Part shown: positions 41,055-50,937 of the stretch, one piece after another
Layout of the letters: each line of letters begins with the position of its first letter
How positions within the stretch are numbered: the stretch's first letter is position 1
Notes under the pieces: generated by a model
The model's database searches: none
What the model was told of the DNA's origin: nothing
Seen by the model: only the letters and a program-made list of their open reading frames with translations
Origin: an uncultured virus (IMG/VR IMGVR_UViG_3300030107_003216)
Lineage: Duplodnaviria; Heunggongvirae; Uroviricota; Caudoviricetes
Virus record (IMG/VR): IMGVR_UViG_3300030107_003216
Coordinates: 1 to 64,000 of that record
Length of the DNA: 64,000 bases
Reading direction: 5' to 3' (one strand)
Translations under genes and position numbers: made by a program

Positions 41055-41206
41055 CAAAGACCGCCTTTACCATCATTCTTCATTAAACGCTTCATGTAAT
41101 CTTCAACGGTTTCATCAGAGATATTAGAACCTCCAAATGCCGCAAAGAACAAAAGCATCAGAATGATGACAAAGGTAATCAGACCGAACCAATCCCAACC
41201 TGTCAT
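41054..41206 (-). CDS. 50-aa single-TM membrane protein
   Basis: Hand-translated MTGWDWFGLITFVIILMLLFFAAFGG... Confidence 0.6.
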   Translation of the reverse strand: MTGWDWFGLITFVIILMLLFFAAFGGSNISDETVEDYMKRLMKNDGKGGL

Positions 41207-41799
41207 TACCACTTCACCTCTAAATCTTTATGTTCTGCTTTCTCTAAAGAAAAAGCCTTGACTATTCCATTTGTTTGACCGTATTTCCATAGGTCATAAA
41301 CTAATTGTGTGTCTTTCATACAATATTCCACCACTTCATCATATTGCCCCATTTTCCATAGTTTAGGGGCATCTGCACTATCCATTAACTTGGCATCATT
41401 CATAGTACATTTAACAAGATTCTTCAGTTGAAATCTTTCGCCATGTTCCTTCAATAGAATCTTTGAAGTGTCAATGTACCTCTCATCTTTTAGATACTTA
41501 TGAATACAATAAATATCCATAGAATCTCTAAGAATAGGTAAATCAAACGCCACAATGTTATGTCCTAACAAAGAGCCTCCTTTCTGAAAATGATTGTCTA
41601 AATCATATTTTAATTCAGAAAGGGGCTTTATCACATGGCCAGATTTAGCAAATGAATCAACCTGCTCATCAACATAAACTGTTCCTGTATTGCCATCCCA
41701 AGTAGCAACAGTTGATACTTGAAACATATGGGTATTACCAAATCCGCCTATTTCATAGGACATATTTTTGGTTTCAATATCCAATGCTAATACTGACAT
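41206..41799 (-). CDS. DEDD-family 3'-5' exonuclease (RNase H-like)
   Basis: LDIET, GHNIVAFD, YCMKD motifs. Confidence 0.85.
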   Translation of the reverse strand: MSVLALDIETKNMSYEIGGFGNTHMFQVSTVATWDGNTGTVYVDEQVDSFAKSGHVIKPLSELKYDLDNHFQKGGSLLGHNIVAFDLPILRDSMDIYCIHKYLKDERYIDTSKILLKEHGERFQLKNLVKCTMNDAKLMDSADAPKLWKMGQYDEVVEYCMKDTQLVYDLWKYGQTNGIVKAFSLEKAEHKDLEVKW

Positions 41800-41803
41800 G
41801 CTA

Positions 41804-42046
41804 TCATTCCTTACTTGCAGAAGAAGAGGAATTAGACGACCATAGTTTGCTAATCTTCTCTTCTTCTTTATTTACGGGTTCTTCTGTATCGGTTCTTCTC
41901 TTTAGGAAACAAACGATTTTGGAACCTGCGACTAATAACATAGACGCACATTCCCATCCATCATCACCGTAAGTATCTAACGAATCTGTTATTACTTTCG
42001 GCCCTTTTGCTACCTCAAAGATAAGATATGTGTTTTCCCACTTCAT
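41804..42046 (-). CDS. Small DUF4177-like protein
   Basis: MKWE...LDTYGDDGWECAS...FLKR pattern. Confidence 0.55.
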   Translation of the reverse strand: MKWENTYLIFEVAKGPKVITDSLDTYGDDGWECASMLLVAGSKIVCFLKRRTDTEEPVNKEEEKISKLWSSNSSSSASKE

Positions 42047-43584
42047 TCTTCATCCACTCCTATTCGCCTTATGTATGTACTGCGACCATGCTTTTCTTCT
42101 TCAAATTTATGACGGATTCTTTCATAATGTCTGTAAATCTGTGATTGAGATTTCTTTGCCTTTGCGCCCGCCTTCTTCAAAAACTGCGCCTTGTTGACTA
42201 ATCCATCCTCCGACTTCTCACTTTCATTTTTATAGATTTCCATGAAAACAGGTTCAAGCGTTTGTTCTGCCAAGGACTGTCGCTTAACTCTTAGGCTTCG
42301 TTCTAACCAATCAACGAGAGTCATATAACACTGTCGGACAATAGTTGCCGCTTGTCTAACATTGGTTCCGGTGACTAAGAATCTATCATCTTCATTGTTA
42401 ATTGAAGGTGCTGATGCTATGGAACATAATACTGACATCTTCATCATAATCTTCATTAGACGGGTAGTAAAGTTACCTGCCAACTTAGCCACATCTGCTC
42501 TTGTATTGTTAAGGTAATTCTTCATGTTGTTGTATTCTAACTTTAGAACCGCATTAAAATCACTTGTAAATCTCATGGTTTTAAGCGGGTCGCCTCCAAC
42601 ATCATGGAATCTTTTCTTAGTCATTTCATATAGAGTAAATAGTGCATCAGCGTATCTATCAATTGGTTGATTGACTTCTTCAATAGTACCTGCTTTGTCA
42701 ATTTGTTCTTCTCTCATCTTATGTTGAATAAATTCGGGAACCTCCCAAACATACAGAAGCATTCTTTGTAATACTCCCTTTTCAGCGATAATTTCATTTA
42801 AGTTAGATGGAGGATAAGTCATAGCCAATACTGAACGCTCGCAGAAACATTCCATAATCTCTCCGCCAAATGATGCTAATGCCTTAGAAATAATCCAAGA
42901 TTCACCGGAAAGACTGTTCATCAAAGTATTTAGATAAACAATTGCTTGTTCTTTGTGAGAGGACTGATTAAAAATACCGGAGTATTCAAACTCATCCCAA
43001 TGGGCTAATCCGCTACCTTCTAAAATTCCGGGCCTTCTTTCCATCTCCCATATTCCGGTTTGTCTTTCGTTACCATCATCACCTCTTTCAGTTTGAAGGA
43101 CTTTTTCAAATCCTCCAATTAGAACTGAATCGGTATAATCAGTTACTCCAAAAGTATTGAAACTTCTAACCATAGGTATTGGCAATCCATCTTGCGTTGT
43201 CAATAATGGTGGGTGTTGATTAGTGGCATTTATTTTCTCAAATGTTCTTTTTGCCACAGGCCCAACAAAATTCCATAATGTTGATTTTCCGGTTCCGCTT
43301 GTTTGAACCCAACAAAAGTGGATTCTCGAATCTTCGTGGTTTCTCCCATTAGGAATAATTACGAAGTCTTTCACTATCTGTCCTAAGATATTGAAGAATG
43401 AAATGCCAGCCGGTATATCATTGTAGTGTGATACCTCAACTGCTGATTTCTGAAAATCTCGCACAATTGCCGGTAATGCTTCACTAAAGATACCTGCGTT
43501 TTGTACGAGCATATCATCATATGCTTCTTCATCCTCTATATCGTCATTAAGGCGTTGGTCGCCTTGTACTGTATTGTCATTCAT
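42043..43584 (-). CDS. Divergent MCM-like AAA+ replicative helicase
   Basis: Walker A SGTGKS, PGIL, Walker B HWDEF, QR and TTR arginine motifs, C-terminal wHTH. Confidence 0.65.
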   Translation of the reverse strand: MNDNTVQGDQRLNDDIEDEEAYDDMLVQNAGIFSEALPAIVRDFQKSAVEVSHYNDIPAGISFFNILGQIVKDFVIIPNGRNHEDSRIHFCWVQTSGTGKSTLWNFVGPVAKRTFEKINATNQHPPLLTTQDGLPIPMVRSFNTFGVTDYTDSVLIGGFEKVLQTERGDDGNERQTGIWEMERRPGILEGSGLAHWDEFEYSGIFNQSSHKEQAIVYLNTLMNSLSGESWIISKALASFGGEIMECFCERSVLAMTYPPSNLNEIIAEKGVLQRMLLYVWEVPEFIQHKMREEQIDKAGTIEEVNQPIDRYADALFTLYEMTKKRFHDVGGDPLKTMRFTSDFNAVLKLEYNNMKNYLNNTRADVAKLAGNFTTRLMKIMMKMSVLCSIASAPSINNEDDRFLVTGTNVRQAATIVRQCYMTLVDWLERSLRVKRQSLAEQTLEPVFMEIYKNESEKSEDGLVNKAQFLKKAGAKAKKSQSQIYRHYERIRHKFEEEKHGRSTYIRRIGVDEE

Positions 43585-44270
43585 ATTTTCACCTTCTCTT
43601 CTGAATTTAGGGTGGAGATTATTCTTTTGGCTAAGGTTTCTCCAATTCCTTCTATGGCTTGTAATTCATATGCTGAACACTCGCCTATTTCCATGATAGA
43701 ACCATATTGGCTTATCATTTGTTTTGCCTTTTTTATTGATACTCCTTTAATACTGCTTAGTAAATCTATTCTTAAATCATCTGTTGTTATTCTTTTGAAT
43801 ATTTGTGGTGCTATTGTTTCTCTTGTTATTGGTTTCATTTTACTAACTGCCGTTATAATTAGTGCCGCTTCTTCTTCTGATTTAACCCAAAAGGGCTTCG
43901 CATCGGTATCTAATACAATGCGACCTATTGCCCCAAGAAACTTATTGTTTAACATAATGCTTCTTGTAGCAATAGGCATTTTACTTGGAGAGTGCTGAAT
44001 AACATTGTGTATTGCTTCTTGCATATCTCCATAGATAATGACTACATTAGTTTCGTAATGTCTATCCATATTATCTAATTGAGTCCACAATCTTTTATTC
44101 ATTACTGAACCTAAGAAATCTGTTGTTGATTTTGCCTCAAAGCAAACATTATCAAATACATAATCTCCTATCTCAATCCAGCGTTTTTCACAAGGTACTT
44201 TGATAGCCTTTGCTTGTTGCATAACTAATTTAGATAAACGAGAGTTTTCTCTTGAATCAATTACTAACAT
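43581..44270 (-). CDS. ERCC4/XPF (Hef-like) nuclease with HhH motifs
   Basis: VIDSRE, GDY, FEAKS; C-terminal IKGVS and IEGIG HhH motifs. Confidence 0.88.
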   Translation of the reverse strand: MLVIDSRENSRLSKLVMQQAKAIKVPCEKRWIEIGDYVFDNVCFEAKSTTDFLGSVMNKRLWTQLDNMDRHYETNVVIIYGDMQEAIHNVIQHSPSKMPIATRSIMLNNKFLGAIGRIVLDTDAKPFWVKSEEEAALIITAVSKMKPITRETIAPQIFKRITTDDLRIDLLSSIKGVSIKKAKQMISQYGSIMEIGECSAYELQAIEGIGETLAKRIISTLNSEEKVKI

Positions 44271-44614
44271 TATTCTTCCTCCTGTAATTTATACAATAGA
44301 GTTGAATTTATTACTCTGACTAACATTTTTTCCATTCCTTCGACCTTATAGAAATTACTCTCTCTTCTTTTCTGCTTTGCACCCCAACCATTATTTTTGG
44401 CTATATTGGAAATCATCATATCACATTGTTTTATTTTTCTATAATTTCTCGATGTCAAATTCCATGCTGGCATAGTTTTTGAATACTTATCAGCCACCCT
44501 TTCAACTAACTCATATAAAAAAATCTTCTCTGTAACACTATCTAATTCATTTAATGTTATTTCTTTTAGTATTCTAAAATTTACTTTCTTTCTCATTCTG
44601 GAAACCTCCAACAT
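44270..44614 (-). CDS. Hypothetical basic protein (possible winged helix)
   Basis: ORF track. Confidence 0.55.
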   Translation of the reverse strand: MLEVSRMRKKVNFRILKEITLNELDSVTEKIFLYELVERVADKYSKTMPAWNLTSRNYRKIKQCDMMISNIAKNNGWGAKQKRRESNFYKVEGMEKMLVRVINSTLLYKLQEEE

Positions 44615-45639
44615 TTACCAATACAAAACCCTTCATTGATTAGTTTATCACAATGAGGGGTATTGTAGTTATTGAACACTGTGAACCTTGCATGTTTCTT
44701 GGTAGTATCTTTATCCCAATCCAACCATACTGTATCTGATTCAGCAAATACTCTTTCTAATTCATCAACAACTAAATTCAAAGTAGCGACTTTATCATCA
44801 AGAGTAATCAAATCTGTATATCCTGTAATTAAGTCACGATACCAAGATACCAAGTATGCTCTTGAAATATGTGACGGATTCTCTGTCATAACCGCATTGT
44901 GCAAACACGGCAACATAGGCAATTTTCCTATCGTTTCCGGCACTGAAACCTCGCCCCCAACCGCTTGAATAGGGGGTGCTTCGGGGAATACAACCAAGTT
45001 ATTTCCACTCATTTGGAACGGTAAATGCCGAGGCTTTTGAGCCAAAGACAAAATGCTTTCAAGGTCAAATGAAAGGTCTTTTCTATTCAAGGGGATGCAA
45101 TAATACGGATTGCCGTTTGCATCAGCAGACGACATATTTACTGTATTTGGCACTCTTCGTAATCTTGTAGTTTGGCCAACTCTTTCATCAAGAGTATTTC
45201 TTCCTCTAAAGTTCGCTTCAAGTATTGCCTTGAATTCTCTAAAAAAGATTTGAATGTTTCTGATATTATTCGTGCGTTCCCCAAAGAGAAACAAATGAAA
45301 ACCTCTTCCAGAAAAGAAGAGAGTATGTTTCCAATCATTTTGAATAACTCTTTGCATTACCATTTGAACATCTCTCCAAGCCAATTCTAAATCATTGTCA
45401 TGTCCGTCAAAATCTAAAAACATTCTATCCAATATAACTGTTGAATCTATTTTTGCTTTTTCTGAAAAATGTTCAAAGTCATAAACGGTTGTATAAACAT
45501 TTGTTCTATTATTTTGAGCATTAACAAACTCAACATATTCATTCCTCGACCACGCTATCTTTCTTTTCATTTGCGGGGCGTTCTTTATGTGACTCCCCGC
45601 CCATACTTCTCTCGGATATTTCATTGTTATTCCCTCCAA
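44593..45639 (-). CDS. Archaeo-eukaryotic primase, PriS fused to PriL Fe-S domain
   Basis: FLDFD, FSGRGFH, RRVPNT; C-terminal PCL...PHC...GFC...KC. Confidence 0.85.
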   Translation of the reverse strand: MEGITMKYPREVWAGSHIKNAPQMKRKIAWSRNEYVEFVNAQNNRTNVYTTVYDFEHFSEKAKIDSTVILDRMFLDFDGHDNDLELAWRDVQMVMQRVIQNDWKHTLFFSGRGFHLFLFGERTNNIRNIQIFFREFKAILEANFRGRNTLDERVGQTTRLRRVPNTVNMSSADANGNPYYCIPLNRKDLSFDLESILSLAQKPRHLPFQMSGNNLVVFPEAPPIQAVGGEVSVPETIGKLPMLPCLHNAVMTENPSHISRAYLVSWYRDLITGYTDLITLDDKVATLNLVVDELERVFAESDTVWLDWDKDTTKKHARFTVFNNYNTPHCDKLINEGFCIGKCWRFPE

Positions 45640-45910
45640 AATTTATTGTTGCATTACTTAGCATATTTTTAATTACTTCTGCTATATCGCCTTTCAAATA
45701 AGTTATCACTACTTCTCTAATAGCATGTTCAAATCCCATACCTACTAAGTTTTCATTTATTCTAATATCTCTCACTAAATCAAATCTTTCAAGTAAAGTC
45801 ATTTCAGACCATACTTCTTCAGAAAGGATTTGTATTGTATTGTTTAAGTCCGATATTTCATTAAATGTCCAACTCTTTGACAAAACTCTTTTTCTGATTA
45901 ATTCCTTCAT
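45539..45910 (-). CDS. Hypothetical protein
   Basis: ORF track. Confidence 0.6.
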   Translation of the reverse strand: MKELIRKRVLSKSWTFNEISDLNNTIQILSEEVWSEMTLLERFDLVRDIRINENLVGMGFEHAIREVVITYLKGDIAEVIKNMLSNATINFGGNNNEISERSMGGESHKERPANEKKDSVVEE

Positions 45911-46110
45911 TCATTCTCAACTCTTTCGTTCTTTTTCATCATAAGAGATATTCTATATGGAATAACTATGTTACAATTACATTTAGTGCAGCATCTCCCA
46001 TCATTAATTGGTTGAGCATTATGGCCCTCATCCCAATATATATCACCGTGAAGGTGTTGTCTGTCTATCTCTCCTTTGCATATACTACATTTCATTTTAA
46101 TCACACCCAT
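45907..46110 (-). CDS. Small Cys-rich zinc-binding protein
   Basis: CSIC...HNAQP...RCCTKCN. Confidence 0.65.
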   Translation of the reverse strand: MGVIKMKCSICKGEIDRQHLHGDIYWDEGHNAQPINDGRCCTKCNCNIVIPYRISLMMKKNERVENE

Positions 46111-47030
46111 GTATCTGTATTTGCCGCATCACATATACCGAAGTAAGAACAATGCGAGCAAGTCTTGTAATAAAACTTGGTGGGGAATTCTTTCTGCTCA
46201 TAAGCATAAAGTAACTTAGCGATATTAAGTTTAACAGAAGTCATTGAGCGAGGCTTAACAGGTTCAACATAAACATAATTCGATACAGGATAATACCATC
46301 CCCAATGGCTAACTGCCATATCCTTATCAATGCCTAACTTAGCCAATACTTCTTCAGAACAATTCTCAATCATTAACTGATAGAAAGCCATTTCTTGACG
46401 CATTGAAGTACGCTTGTAATCTTTCCAAGGGCCGGTCTTGTATTCAAATGGAATTAAGTTACCATCTTCAACAAATACTCGGTCAATAATACCTTGAAGG
46501 TGAACCACATAATCTCTATTCAATGAAAACTCTTCATTACCATTCCAAGCACCGCCTTTGTATGGGCCAGCAGGGATAGTTATTTCACAATCAAATAGTC
46601 CTTCATTAGCAATAGGTAAATACTCATGTGTCTTTTCTTCGGTCTTTGCTTCTGCAAATCTCTGTGCTTCAAATGCCGCTACTGAAAGCGATATGTCAAA
46701 GTAATCATCAACAGGCATAAGACCCGTACAGTATTCAATTAACTCTTGATTGTTAAGAGTTTCAGCCTTCTTAACATCAAAGTCATTAAAGAAATTCTCA
46801 CGATGATTATGCAGTACAGTACCTTTAATCATGGCTTCTGTTTGGTCTTGCGGTAGTTTCTCAATATAGTTAAACTCATATTTCTTAGGACACCAATTAA
46901 ACGAACCTAATGACGATTTACTAATCTTCAAAATAGGCTTTGAAGGGTCATCATAATTCTCTGGCATCCAATTGTATGTGTATTCTTGCATTGATTTTAT
47001 TTTTGCTTCGTATTTTTCATCTGTATTCAT
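46101..47030 (-). CDS. Cas4/AddB-like PD-(D/E)XK exonuclease with Fe-S cysteines
   Basis: WCP, GIIDR, EYKTG, Q-x-x-x-Y, C-terminal CSHCSYFGIC. Confidence 0.85.
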   Translation of the reverse strand: MNTDEKYEAKIKSMQEYTYNWMPENYDDPSKPILKISKSSLGSFNWCPKKYEFNYIEKLPQDQTEAMIKGTVLHNHRENFFNDFDVKKAETLNNQELIEYCTGLMPVDDYFDISLSVAAFEAQRFAEAKTEEKTHEYLPIANEGLFDCEITIPAGPYKGGAWNGNEEFSLNRDYVVHLQGIIDRVFVEDGNLIPFEYKTGPWKDYKRTSMRQEMAFYQLMIENCSEEVLAKLGIDKDMAVSHWGWYYPVSNYVYVEPVKPRSMTSVKLNIAKLLYAYEQKEFPTKFYYKTCSHCSYFGICDAANTDTWV

Positions 47031-47260
47031 TTTAATTCACCTCTCGGTTTGCTTATTCCACCGGCTAATACCCAATTGTTATGATTTTCTTTATCTCTAT
47101 AATCTTTAATTTCCCATTCAAGAAAATCAATTGTCATTAATAGATGGTCTATAAATGAAAATTCACCCAAATGATTTTCTGTATCTTTAACTATTGTATC
47201 TTCATAGTGTTTCATCATTCTCTCTTTTAATTTGTTTAATTCTTCTCTATTCAAAACCAT
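47027..47260 (-). CDS. Hypothetical protein
   Basis: ORF track. Confidence 0.55.
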   Translation of the reverse strand: MVLNREELNKLKERMMKHYEDTIVKDTENHLGEFSFIDHLLMTIDFLEWEIKDYRDKENHNNWVLAGGISKPRGELK

Positions 47261-48141
47261 TCCTCCAAACTTGCTTGTATTCTATTTGTTCTTATGCTCG
47301 ATATATCCCATCCCATAGCCTTGTAAATGGGCTTTGCTTTATCCACTACTTGTTCAGCATAATGTTTCCAATCGGGCTTCACATCATCAAAGTCCTTCAA
47401 GGTTGCACCGGAAATATACTCAACATTTCTTCTATCGTGTTTTAGTGGATGAATCCACGATTCATTTGTCTTTACTTTCAAAAACAAATAAGAGTCGTCA
47501 AACTCTATATTGTTTTTCCAGCCGTAAATAACGCCAGCAATACCGGAACCCAAAGAAGGTGTTTTACCATCCAGCGTTACAAACTTCTTAACTGCACATG
47601 AGCATTTAGTACAGTATGGTAATTCTTGTAATTTCTGACATTCCTTTAGACTGTATTTTTTGTCGCAGTTGGGGCATTTTACCATTAGCCTATTTTTTCT
47701 AAGGCGACTTCTTTTAATTACTGAAGTAATCGGTACTTTACCATTCAAGGTATCGCTATAAACTCCATGTAAATAATTAGTGATTTCTGCGTGAGATTTG
47801 TTTTCAACCCACATTGTTAGAGTATTAGTTTGTACTTCTTTCGCTAACTTTGTTTCACTAACTCTTTTGGCAGTAAATCCTGTCATTGTGAATTTTGGCT
47901 TATCTAACCAAACTCCATCCTCCCAAGATACTAAACCAGCGTTACGGTTCTTAGTTGTACCAACGCCCAATGCCGAATAATACTTCTCAAACTCTAATTG
48001 AACGGGGTGTTCATCTAACCCCATAACATTAGGAAAATGTTCTCTAACACTTTCTTCTATTTGCTTGATTGCTTTTTCAGCCTTCTCGACTGAATCAATC
48101 TGAACATAAATAGAATCTGTATGTCCATAAACTACTTTCAT
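47251..48141 (-). CDS. polB: Family B DNA polymerase, C-terminal half (motif C, thumb, Zn insertion, PIP box)
   Basis: Starts MKVVYGHTDSIY; LEFEK, KNRNAG; CPNC...CTKC; ends QASLEEWF. Confidence 0.88.
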   Translation of the reverse strand: MKVVYGHTDSIYVQIDSVEKAEKAIKQIEESVREHFPNVMGLDEHPVQLEFEKYYSALGVGTTKNRNAGLVSWEDGVWLDKPKFTMTGFTAKRVSETKLAKEVQTNTLTMWVENKSHAEITNYLHGVYSDTLNGKVPITSVIKRSRLRKNRLMVKCPNCDKKYSLKECQKLQELPYCTKCSCAVKKFVTLDGKTPSLGSGIAGVIYGWKNNIEFDDSYLFLKVKTNESWIHPLKHDRRNVEYISGATLKDFDDVKPDWKHYAEQVVDKAKPIYKAMGWDISSIRTNRIQASLEEWF

Positions 48142-48293
48142 TTTGAATCACCTATTCTTTGATAAGATATAATTCCCTTAACGACTCCATTAACAAAAAG
48201 AGTTACTTTGTCTTTTTTAATAGCAATTGAAGTCACATCATCAATGTGAAGTGAAAACCAATCTAATAATTCCTGTTTTGTTTTCTTATTCAT
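48138..48293 (-). CDS. 51-aa hypothetical protein inside the polB split
   Basis: Hand-translated MNKKTKQELLDWF...; its stop overlaps the polB-C start. Confidence 0.55.
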   Translation of the reverse strand: MNKKTKQELLDWFSLHIDDVTSIAIKKDKVTLFVNGVVKGIISYQRIGDSK

Positions 48294-48298
48294 TCTAA

Positions 48299-48511
48299 TC
48301 ACTCCAATGGGTGTTCAATATCTTTATCTCCAAGAGTCCATCTAAGTGCCTTAACTACTCCTTCTAATGCCTTGTAGTTACGCATATGATATATTCTCTC
48401 TTTCTTAGAAGCCTTCTGCATCTTAGTATAGTGCATGTTTTGTTTTTTCTCCGCCTTTTCTAACATAGCGTGTATTTCAGTCCATGTTCTATTGTATGTG
48501 AATGGCATCAC
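48299..48511 (-). CDS. Small helical protein inside the polB split
   Basis: ORF track. Confidence 0.65.
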   Translation of the reverse strand: MMPFTYNRTWTEIHAMLEKAEKKQNMHYTKMQKASKKERIYHMRNYKALEGVVKALRWTLGDKDIEHPLE

Positions 48512-48777
48512 ATTCCCACCTTATTCGGTGCATATACTAAATTATTGATTATTAATTCAGGATGCAATTTTAGCAGGTCTTGTTGCATTTCATGTACTGC
48601 TCTTGCGATAAGAAACATTTCCGGTGTATCTTGGTCGTATAGACCTTCTAATTCTATTTCCAATCTTTCGATTTTGCCTTCTAAATCTCTAACTCTTTCG
48701 TCTAATTCTTCTATTCTATTAGCAAGACCTTCATTTTCTAATGTTAGTCTTTTAATTTCTTCATTTTCTTTATTCAT
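48508..48777 (-). CDS. Coiled-coil protein inside the polB split
   Basis: ORF track; heptad pattern. Confidence 0.65.
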   Translation of the reverse strand: MNKENEEIKRLTLENEGLANRIEELDERVRDLEGKIERLEIELEGLYDQDTPEMFLIARAVHEMQQDLLKLHPELIINNLVYAPNKVGM

Positions 48778-48905
48778 AACATCACCATTATTATTGTTAG
48801 GATGGTTGCTATATTTACGATATTTACCATCATCAATATCTTATTGCTTCTTGCTATCATCTTCAACAACTCTTCAAGCAATTCATTCGTTCTGTCCATC
48901 ATCAT
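48774..48905 (-). CDS. 43-aa protein with C-terminal TM helix inside the polB split
   Basis: Hand-translated ...ILMMVNIVNIATILTIIMVML. Confidence 0.5.
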   Translation of the reverse strand: MMMDRTNELLEELLKMIARSNKILMMVNIVNIATILTIIMVML

Positions 48906-49056
48906 TTGTATTCACGCCCTGTTCAATATCAATGATAATGGCATTACGCTTTAGATTGTTCATCATTTGAAATAACTCCTTTACTTCTTGTAAAGTAATA
49001 TCCCAAGTTTCTTCTGTGTCATAAGCCACTTTAACTGTTACATATTTTGTTTTCAT
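48883..49056 (-). CDS. 57-aa hypothetical protein inside the polB split
   Basis: Hand-translated MKTKYVTVKVAYDTEETWDI...; ATGA overlap. Confidence 0.55.
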   Translation of the reverse strand: MKTKYVTVKVAYDTEETWDITLQEVKELFQMMNNLKRNAIIIDIEQGVNTNDDGQNE

Positions 49057-49271
49057 TCATCTCCCTCCATTCGTACTTTGTATAATAAAGAACCTCTATG
49101 CTTTCCTACCACAACACATATTCTGTTTAGAAATTGCCCTAAACTAATGTTGCTCGGTGTAAAAGCAGTACCATGTTTTTCAATCATGGCCGCTTTTACA
49201 TTTTGAGCAGTAAATGGTTCTTCTAATTCATTAATTATTTTCTTAATCCATTTCTTATTATGGCTATTCAT
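49053..49271 (-). CDS. Small winged-helix-like protein inside the polB split
   Basis: EPFTAQNVK...PSNISLGQFL...LLYKV. Confidence 0.55.
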   Translation of the reverse strand: MNSHNKKWIKKIINELEEPFTAQNVKAAMIEKHGTAFTPSNISLGQFLNRICVVVGKHRGSLLYKVRMEGDE

Positions 49272-50935
49272 TCTTTCATCTCCTTTGCCTTAAATGCCGC
49301 TAATCTAATTGCTTCTCTTGCACTTGCAGTAATAGAAGCGGCTAACTTAACATTAGCCCAACCAAACCCTTGATATGCAAGAATTCCATAGAAAGATGCA
49401 GATAATCGCTTTACTGCCATTTGGTTATTATACCACTTAGCATATTCACCATTGTTAGTTTCTCTCGCTTCTTTCATTTTTGCTTTGTAAATACCTCTTA
49501 GTGATTTCAATTCCAAAATTGCTCTTGGGATTAATCCTAATTTATCAGTTTTGTAATACACCATTTCCGTTTCTTTTACTTCACTAAAATCCCTCGGAGT
49601 TAGTATATTTACTCCAAATTCAGTCGGTACATCTGAAACAGTTTCAAATGAAATGTTTCTGGCTACAATCATACTTGGATATAGACCTGCAAAATCAAAT
49701 GCCGCTACATTAAGCCATAGCCCATTAGTTTCTTCACTTAATGGGTCATAAATCATAGCCCCTTTGTATTGTTCTTTTGAAAGAACTTTAACTCCTGTCG
49801 GTGCTTTCCATTCAGCATTACGCATAAAATAAATTGAACCCATATGGCTTGCATAAAAGCAAGCATCAAATGGTGCTATCAATAATCTTTGAAGTGAAAG
49901 AATTGCTTCACTACAATAATTAGTTTCATCAATTTCAACAATCAATTCAACATCTTTTAGAGCATATTCAAGATAAGTTTTTGTATCTTCTAACCAACCA
50001 TGTCTGTAAAACTCATTTGTATCGGGAAACTTTTCTGATACTAATTTCTTTTTACCTAATACACTTTCAGAAACATAATCAAGACTCAAAGACGGTAATG
50101 TTCCTCTTTGAGAATCATTCCATTGACGCTCAAAAGCCATGTCTAATGAAAGGGTTATGCGGCCTCCTATGGGTTGTTCGATAGGCGAGAAGCCCTTTTC
50201 ACCATAAGAGAATTTGAAGCCATCCTTGACCTTTTTAACGCCCTTAATTGACCCAATCGGTGACATTATTGTTGGGTCAATTCCGAGAATACATGCTCGT
50301 TCAAGCAATTTAGGTATATCTGCAAAGTGACCGAACCAAGCAATTAGCATATCGGGGTCTTTGTCTATCATTGTAGTAATGAAATGTTCAAGCATTTCTT
50401 TTTCATTATCGAACATATACCACTTGCGGCTATCTTTGGTTCCCCATGTTGGCGATTCATCATCTTCTTCGTGAGGCCCCCAAAACCATTGATAGTATTG
50501 TTTCTCATAATTATCATACATTACAACAGTAGTAATACAATCATGGTATTCTCCACCCTGTTGCCACTCCATATCCCAATACCATTTACGCATTTTGTAT
50601 TCTGGCATATTATTTAGATTATCCACACAATAGCGGAAATGATATGGAACATCTGCTTCAAAGGTTTTAGGAAATAGTTTTTGTGCATTCTTAATATCAT
50701 AAGAATTATCCACATATACTTTCTTTAATGATTGGCCCTCAAGATTAACCCAATCTCCCTTCTCATATTCAAAAGGTCGAATTAAAGTCTTAGAAGGTCT
50801 ATACGATGGTATTTCTTTAGCATCGTCAAGAACATAGAAATAAGGTCTGAATTCCTCAACTTTGCTTTTCTTTTCTCCGTTTTCTCTCCAACTTGAATAA
50901 ATATTTTTATTGTCATTTGTTTTGCATATTATCAT
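49268..50935 (-). CDS. polB: Family B DNA polymerase, N-terminal half (3'-5' exonuclease, motifs A and B)
   Basis: WDME, YALKD, DFAGLYPS, KRLSASFYG. Confidence 0.9.
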   Translation of the reverse strand: MIICKTNDNKNIYSSWRENGEKKSKVEEFRPYFYVLDDAKEIPSYRPSKTLIRPFEYEKGDWVNLEGQSLKKVYVDNSYDIKNAQKLFPKTFEADVPYHFRYCVDNLNNMPEYKMRKWYWDMEWQQGGEYHDCITTVVMYDNYEKQYYQWFWGPHEEDDESPTWGTKDSRKWYMFDNEKEMLEHFITTMIDKDPDMLIAWFGHFADIPKLLERACILGIDPTIMSPIGSIKGVKKVKDGFKFSYGEKGFSPIEQPIGGRITLSLDMAFERQWNDSQRGTLPSLSLDYVSESVLGKKKLVSEKFPDTNEFYRHGWLEDTKTYLEYALKDVELIVEIDETNYCSEAILSLQRLLIAPFDACFYASHMGSIYFMRNAEWKAPTGVKVLSKEQYKGAMIYDPLSEETNGLWLNVAAFDFAGLYPSMIVARNISFETVSDVPTEFGVNILTPRDFSEVKETEMVYYKTDKLGLIPRAILELKSLRGIYKAKMKEARETNNGEYAKWYNNQMAVKRLSASFYGILAYQGFGWANVKLAASITASAREAIRLAAFKAKEMKE

Positions 50936-50937
50936 TA

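Noticed and set aside
46101..47030. Cas4-like gene as evidence of CRISPR-Cas
   Set aside because: No repeat-spacer array or other cas genes were seen; stand-alone Cas4-like nucleases are common in archaeal virus replication modules.
48141..49268. Split intein or intron joining the PolB halves
   Set aside because: No intein N-terminal Cys/Ser block or His-Asn end is present, and the gap is filled with ordinary coupled ORFs.
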